Assembly (NCBI GenBank): GCA_965227835.1
Contig: OZ245768.1
Location: 1,320,001-1,352,000, forward strand
Length of the DNA: 32,000 nt
Direction of reading: 5' to 3'
Source: Candidatus Saccharimonadota bacterium
Lineage (GTDB): Bacteria; Patescibacteriota; Gracilibacteria; BD1-5; UBA6164
The notes beneath the pieces are model-generated. The model did no database searches. It saw only the letters and a program-made list of their open reading frames with translations, and was not told the DNA's origin. The translations under genes and the position numbers were made by a program. Of the stretch, positions 30,108 through 32,000 are shown one piece after another. Positions within the stretch are counted from its first letter, which is position 1; the number at the start of each line of letters is the position of its first letter.

Positions 30108-31316
30108 ATGGAAACTAACCAAACAAAAGTAACAGCTAGAACTTCAAGTGAACTTGATAGTTTATTTGGAACATCAGATCCAAATCAGCTCCCTGAAGTC
30201 ATTGAAGATACACCATCAAGTTTGACCCTAGTGAATCATAGTGAAATTAGTCCAGAAGCATCGCAAAGGGTAAGTGCTATAGTAGAGAACTTTAACTTAA
30301 GTGATACCAACTTGGTACTTATGTATGGTTCTGAACCTCAGCGTAAACTATCAGTATTTCTTGATTCCTTACTTGAAGGAATAAAGGTCAAAGATGTAGA
30401 TGTTGCTGGAGAGATGGTTTTACAAATGTCTGATGGCATTAATTTAATGCAGCTATCAAAAGTAAAAGCTTCAATAAACAGCAAAAAAACTAGTGGCTTT
30501 ATGGTTGGTCTTATTAATTCAATTGGACTTGGTAAGAACTATATTAAAGCTTTCTACGAAAGCCAAAAATTGGTTACATCAAAAATGGATAAGATTGAGG
30601 ATATGGCCCAAAATCAAATATCTATTATTGCTGAAAGAAACGAAAAACTAGATAGCTTGGTTGAACATTCTATACAGCAGGTTCTTGAACTTGAAGTGTT
30701 TATACTTGCTGGAGAAGAAATTCTTGAGTTAGCTAAGCTACAGTATGCTGAAAAGGCCCAAGAAGTGAAAAAAAGTAGGAATCAGCTGGAAGCTTCAAAT
30801 CTTCGTGATATGGGTAGACAGCTGGCAGCTTTTGATGTAAGGCTTCTTCGTCTGAAAGAAGCATATGTTGAAGCTGGCTCTGCAACTATTGAGCGAATTC
30901 GACAAATTCAGGAAGCTGGCAAGATTGAGATTCAAGGTCTCAATGATGGTATACTATTCACTATTCCAAAAATCAAGAAAGCCATTTTGCAAGTAGCTGC
31001 TTTAAATGATATTAAAACAGCACAAGAAGCTCGTAAGAAAATGGATGAAATTGATGCTCAATTGGATGCAGAATTATCAGAATCTACAAATTCTATTCAT
31101 ACTGCAGCAAAAAAGTCTCAAGGTGATGCTTTGGATCGAGTTCGTAGGCTTGAAGGAGTCATCTCTAATATAGAAAAATCAATTCAAGATAGTATCAGAA
31201 TTGAGAAATCTACTCAAGAAATGCGAGAAGAAGCTGGTAAAACGTTAGTTGGTTTAAAAGACCGTATTACTGATACTCTAAGTGAAACTAACCTAAAAGC
31301 CGCAGGAGCTGTATAA
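30108..31316 (+). CDS. telA: TelA/KlaA-family (toxic anion resistance-like) protein
   Basis: ATG 30108 follows GAAAGGTGA by 5 nt; the ORF track's GTG at 30099 is less likely. LMYGSEPQRKLSVFLDSLLEGIKVKDVDVAGEMVLQM... and the long helical remainder parallel B. subtilis YaaN/TelA (LQYGSQAQSKL..F....L..V..KDVGE.G) as I recall it. Confidence 0.85.
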   Translation: METNQTKVTARTSSELDSLFGTSDPNQLPEVIEDTPSSLTLVNHSEISPEASQRVSAIVENFNLSDTNLVLMYGSEPQRKLSVFLDSLLEGIKVKDVDVAGEMVLQMSDGINLMQLSKVKASINSKKTSGFMVGLINSIGLGKNYIKAFYESQKLVTSKMDKIEDMAQNQISIIAERNEKLDSLVEHSIQQVLELEVFILAGEEILELAKLQYAEKAQEVKKSRNQLEASNLRDMGRQLAAFDVRLLRLKEAYVEAGSATIERIRQIQEAGKIEIQGLNDGILFTIPKIKKAILQVAALNDIKTAQEARKKMDEIDAQLDAELSESTNSIHTAAKKSQGDALDRVRRLEGVISNIEKSIQDSIRIEKSTQEMREEAGKTLVGLKDRITDTLSETNLKAAGAV

Positions 31317-31325
31317 CTCAATATA

Positions 31326-31354
31326 AGCCCTACATCTTATCTAGATGTAGGGCT
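31326..31354 (+). terminator. Perfect hairpin after telA (possible terminator or stabiliser)
   Basis: AGCCCTACATCT-tatct-AGATGTAGGGCT, a 12-bp perfect stem with no U-tract after it. Confidence 0.4.
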
Positions 31355-31391
31355 CATCAAAACTTTATTAAAATTCTTTTAGGAGAAAAAC

Positions 31392-32000
31392 ATGAAATTT
31401 AAAATCCTTAGTATAATTGCTTTATTGTTTTCATCCATAGCAATTCCAGTTCAAGCTGCCGAACAGTGCGATATAGCTTGGTCTAGATACACAGGATGGG
31501 AACCTTTAGGATATATTGAAGATTCAGGGATTGCCGATAGATGGGGAGAAAAAGAAGGTGTAAACCTAAGCTTCTCATATGTTGGTGAATACATAGAAAG
31601 TGTGAATCTTTATAATGCCGGAACCTATCAAGGTGTGGCCATTACAACTATGGATGCACTAACTATCCCTGCTGTTGGAGGAGTAGACACGACTGTGATA
31701 ATAATTGGAGACTTTTCTAATGGTAATGATGCTATTCTTATCAAAGATGAAGATAAATCAATTAACGATTTGAGAGACAAAGAAATAATTCTTGTAGAAC
31801 TTTCTGTAAGTCATTATTTACTTGCTCGCGCTCTTGGAAAAGTCGGTATGTCTGAAAGGGATATTAATTTGGTAAATACTTCAGATACAGCTATTCCTTC
31901 CTTAATTGCTACAGCAAATCAGGGAGATACTTTTGTTACATGGAATCCTATTGTAATGAAAGGTCTCCAGCAACCTGGCATTTCAAAAATATTTGACTCT
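31392..32000 (+). CDS. Secreted NMT1/SsuA/NrtA-like substrate-binding protein (third PBP paralogue; 3' end outside window)
   Basis: TAGGAG lies 6 nt upstream. Signal peptide MKFKILSIIALLFSSIAIPVQA, then AEQCDIAWSRYTGWEPLGYIEDSGIADRWGEKEGVNLSFSYVGEYIESVNLYNAGTYQGVAITTMDAL...GNDAILIKDEDKSINDLRDKEIILVELSVSHYLLARALGKVGMSERDINLVN. Open for 203 codons to the window edge. It is absent from the ORF track because no stop is reached. Confidence 0.8.
   Translation, partial: MKFKILSIIALLFSSIAIPVQAAEQCDIAWSRYTGWEPLGYIEDSGIADRWGEKEGVNLSFSYVGEYIESVNLYNAGTYQGVAITTMDALTIPAVGGVDTTVIIIGDFSNGNDAILIKDEDKSINDLRDKEIILVELSVSHYLLARALGKVGMSERDINLVNTSDTAIPSLIATANQGDTFVTWNPIVMKGLQQPGISKIFDS

Larger units (their letters stand above)
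23117..32000. other. TGA-sense-free, SD-bearing, higher-GC block (standard-code-compatible island or foreign segment); right end beyond window
   Basis: Eight consecutive genes have no in-frame TGA, and three end in TGA. AGGAG-type ribosome-binding sites sit 5-8 nt before most starts. TTGACA promoters and long perfect hairpins are present. All of this contrasts with 1-22,919. Confidence 0.8.

Overview
AT-rich bacterial window with two parts that differ in translation rules. Positions 1-22,919 only give intact genes if UGA is read as glycine (translation table 25, as in Gracilibacteria/Absconditabacteria-type CPR bacteria). In-frame TGAs fall on invariant Gly positions of EF-Tu, thymidylate kinase, S10, ProRS and others, and every gene there ends in TAA or TAG. 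Re-translated that way, this part holds rpsJ (partial), tuf, tRNA-Ala(UGC), tRNA-Asp(GUC), an FMN-reductase-like flavoprotein, tmk, a type IV pilin-like protein, a RelB/RelE pair, DUF2200, NUDIX, HIT, a wHTH regulator, an O-antigen-ligase-like membrane protein, a VanY-type peptidase, dnaG, a multipass permease, serS and proS. It also has an IS-rich stretch (3.9-10.4 kb) with an IS4-family element (intact 9-bp target duplication), an IS200-type tnpA element and an IS110-family element inserted into a composite intergenic repeat. From about 23.1 kb to the window end the sequence changes. Eight genes (about 2,700 codons) contain no in-frame TGA, and three of them end in TGA. Nearly all have canonical AGGAG Shine-Dalgarno sites, which I saw at none of about 15 upstream genes inspected. 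GC looks higher by eye, TTGACA promoters are present, and there are long perfect-stem hairpins. This block encodes an envelope module: two periplasmic-binding-protein::OmpA-C fusions, a vWA lipoprotein, an XpaC-like 2-TM protein, a TelA-family protein, a third binding protein (truncated by the window edge), and two membrane proteins of unknown function. The code-discordant block and its gene content are the main candidate for something new. Chimeric assembly must be excluded. All calls come from manual translation; no database searches were run.
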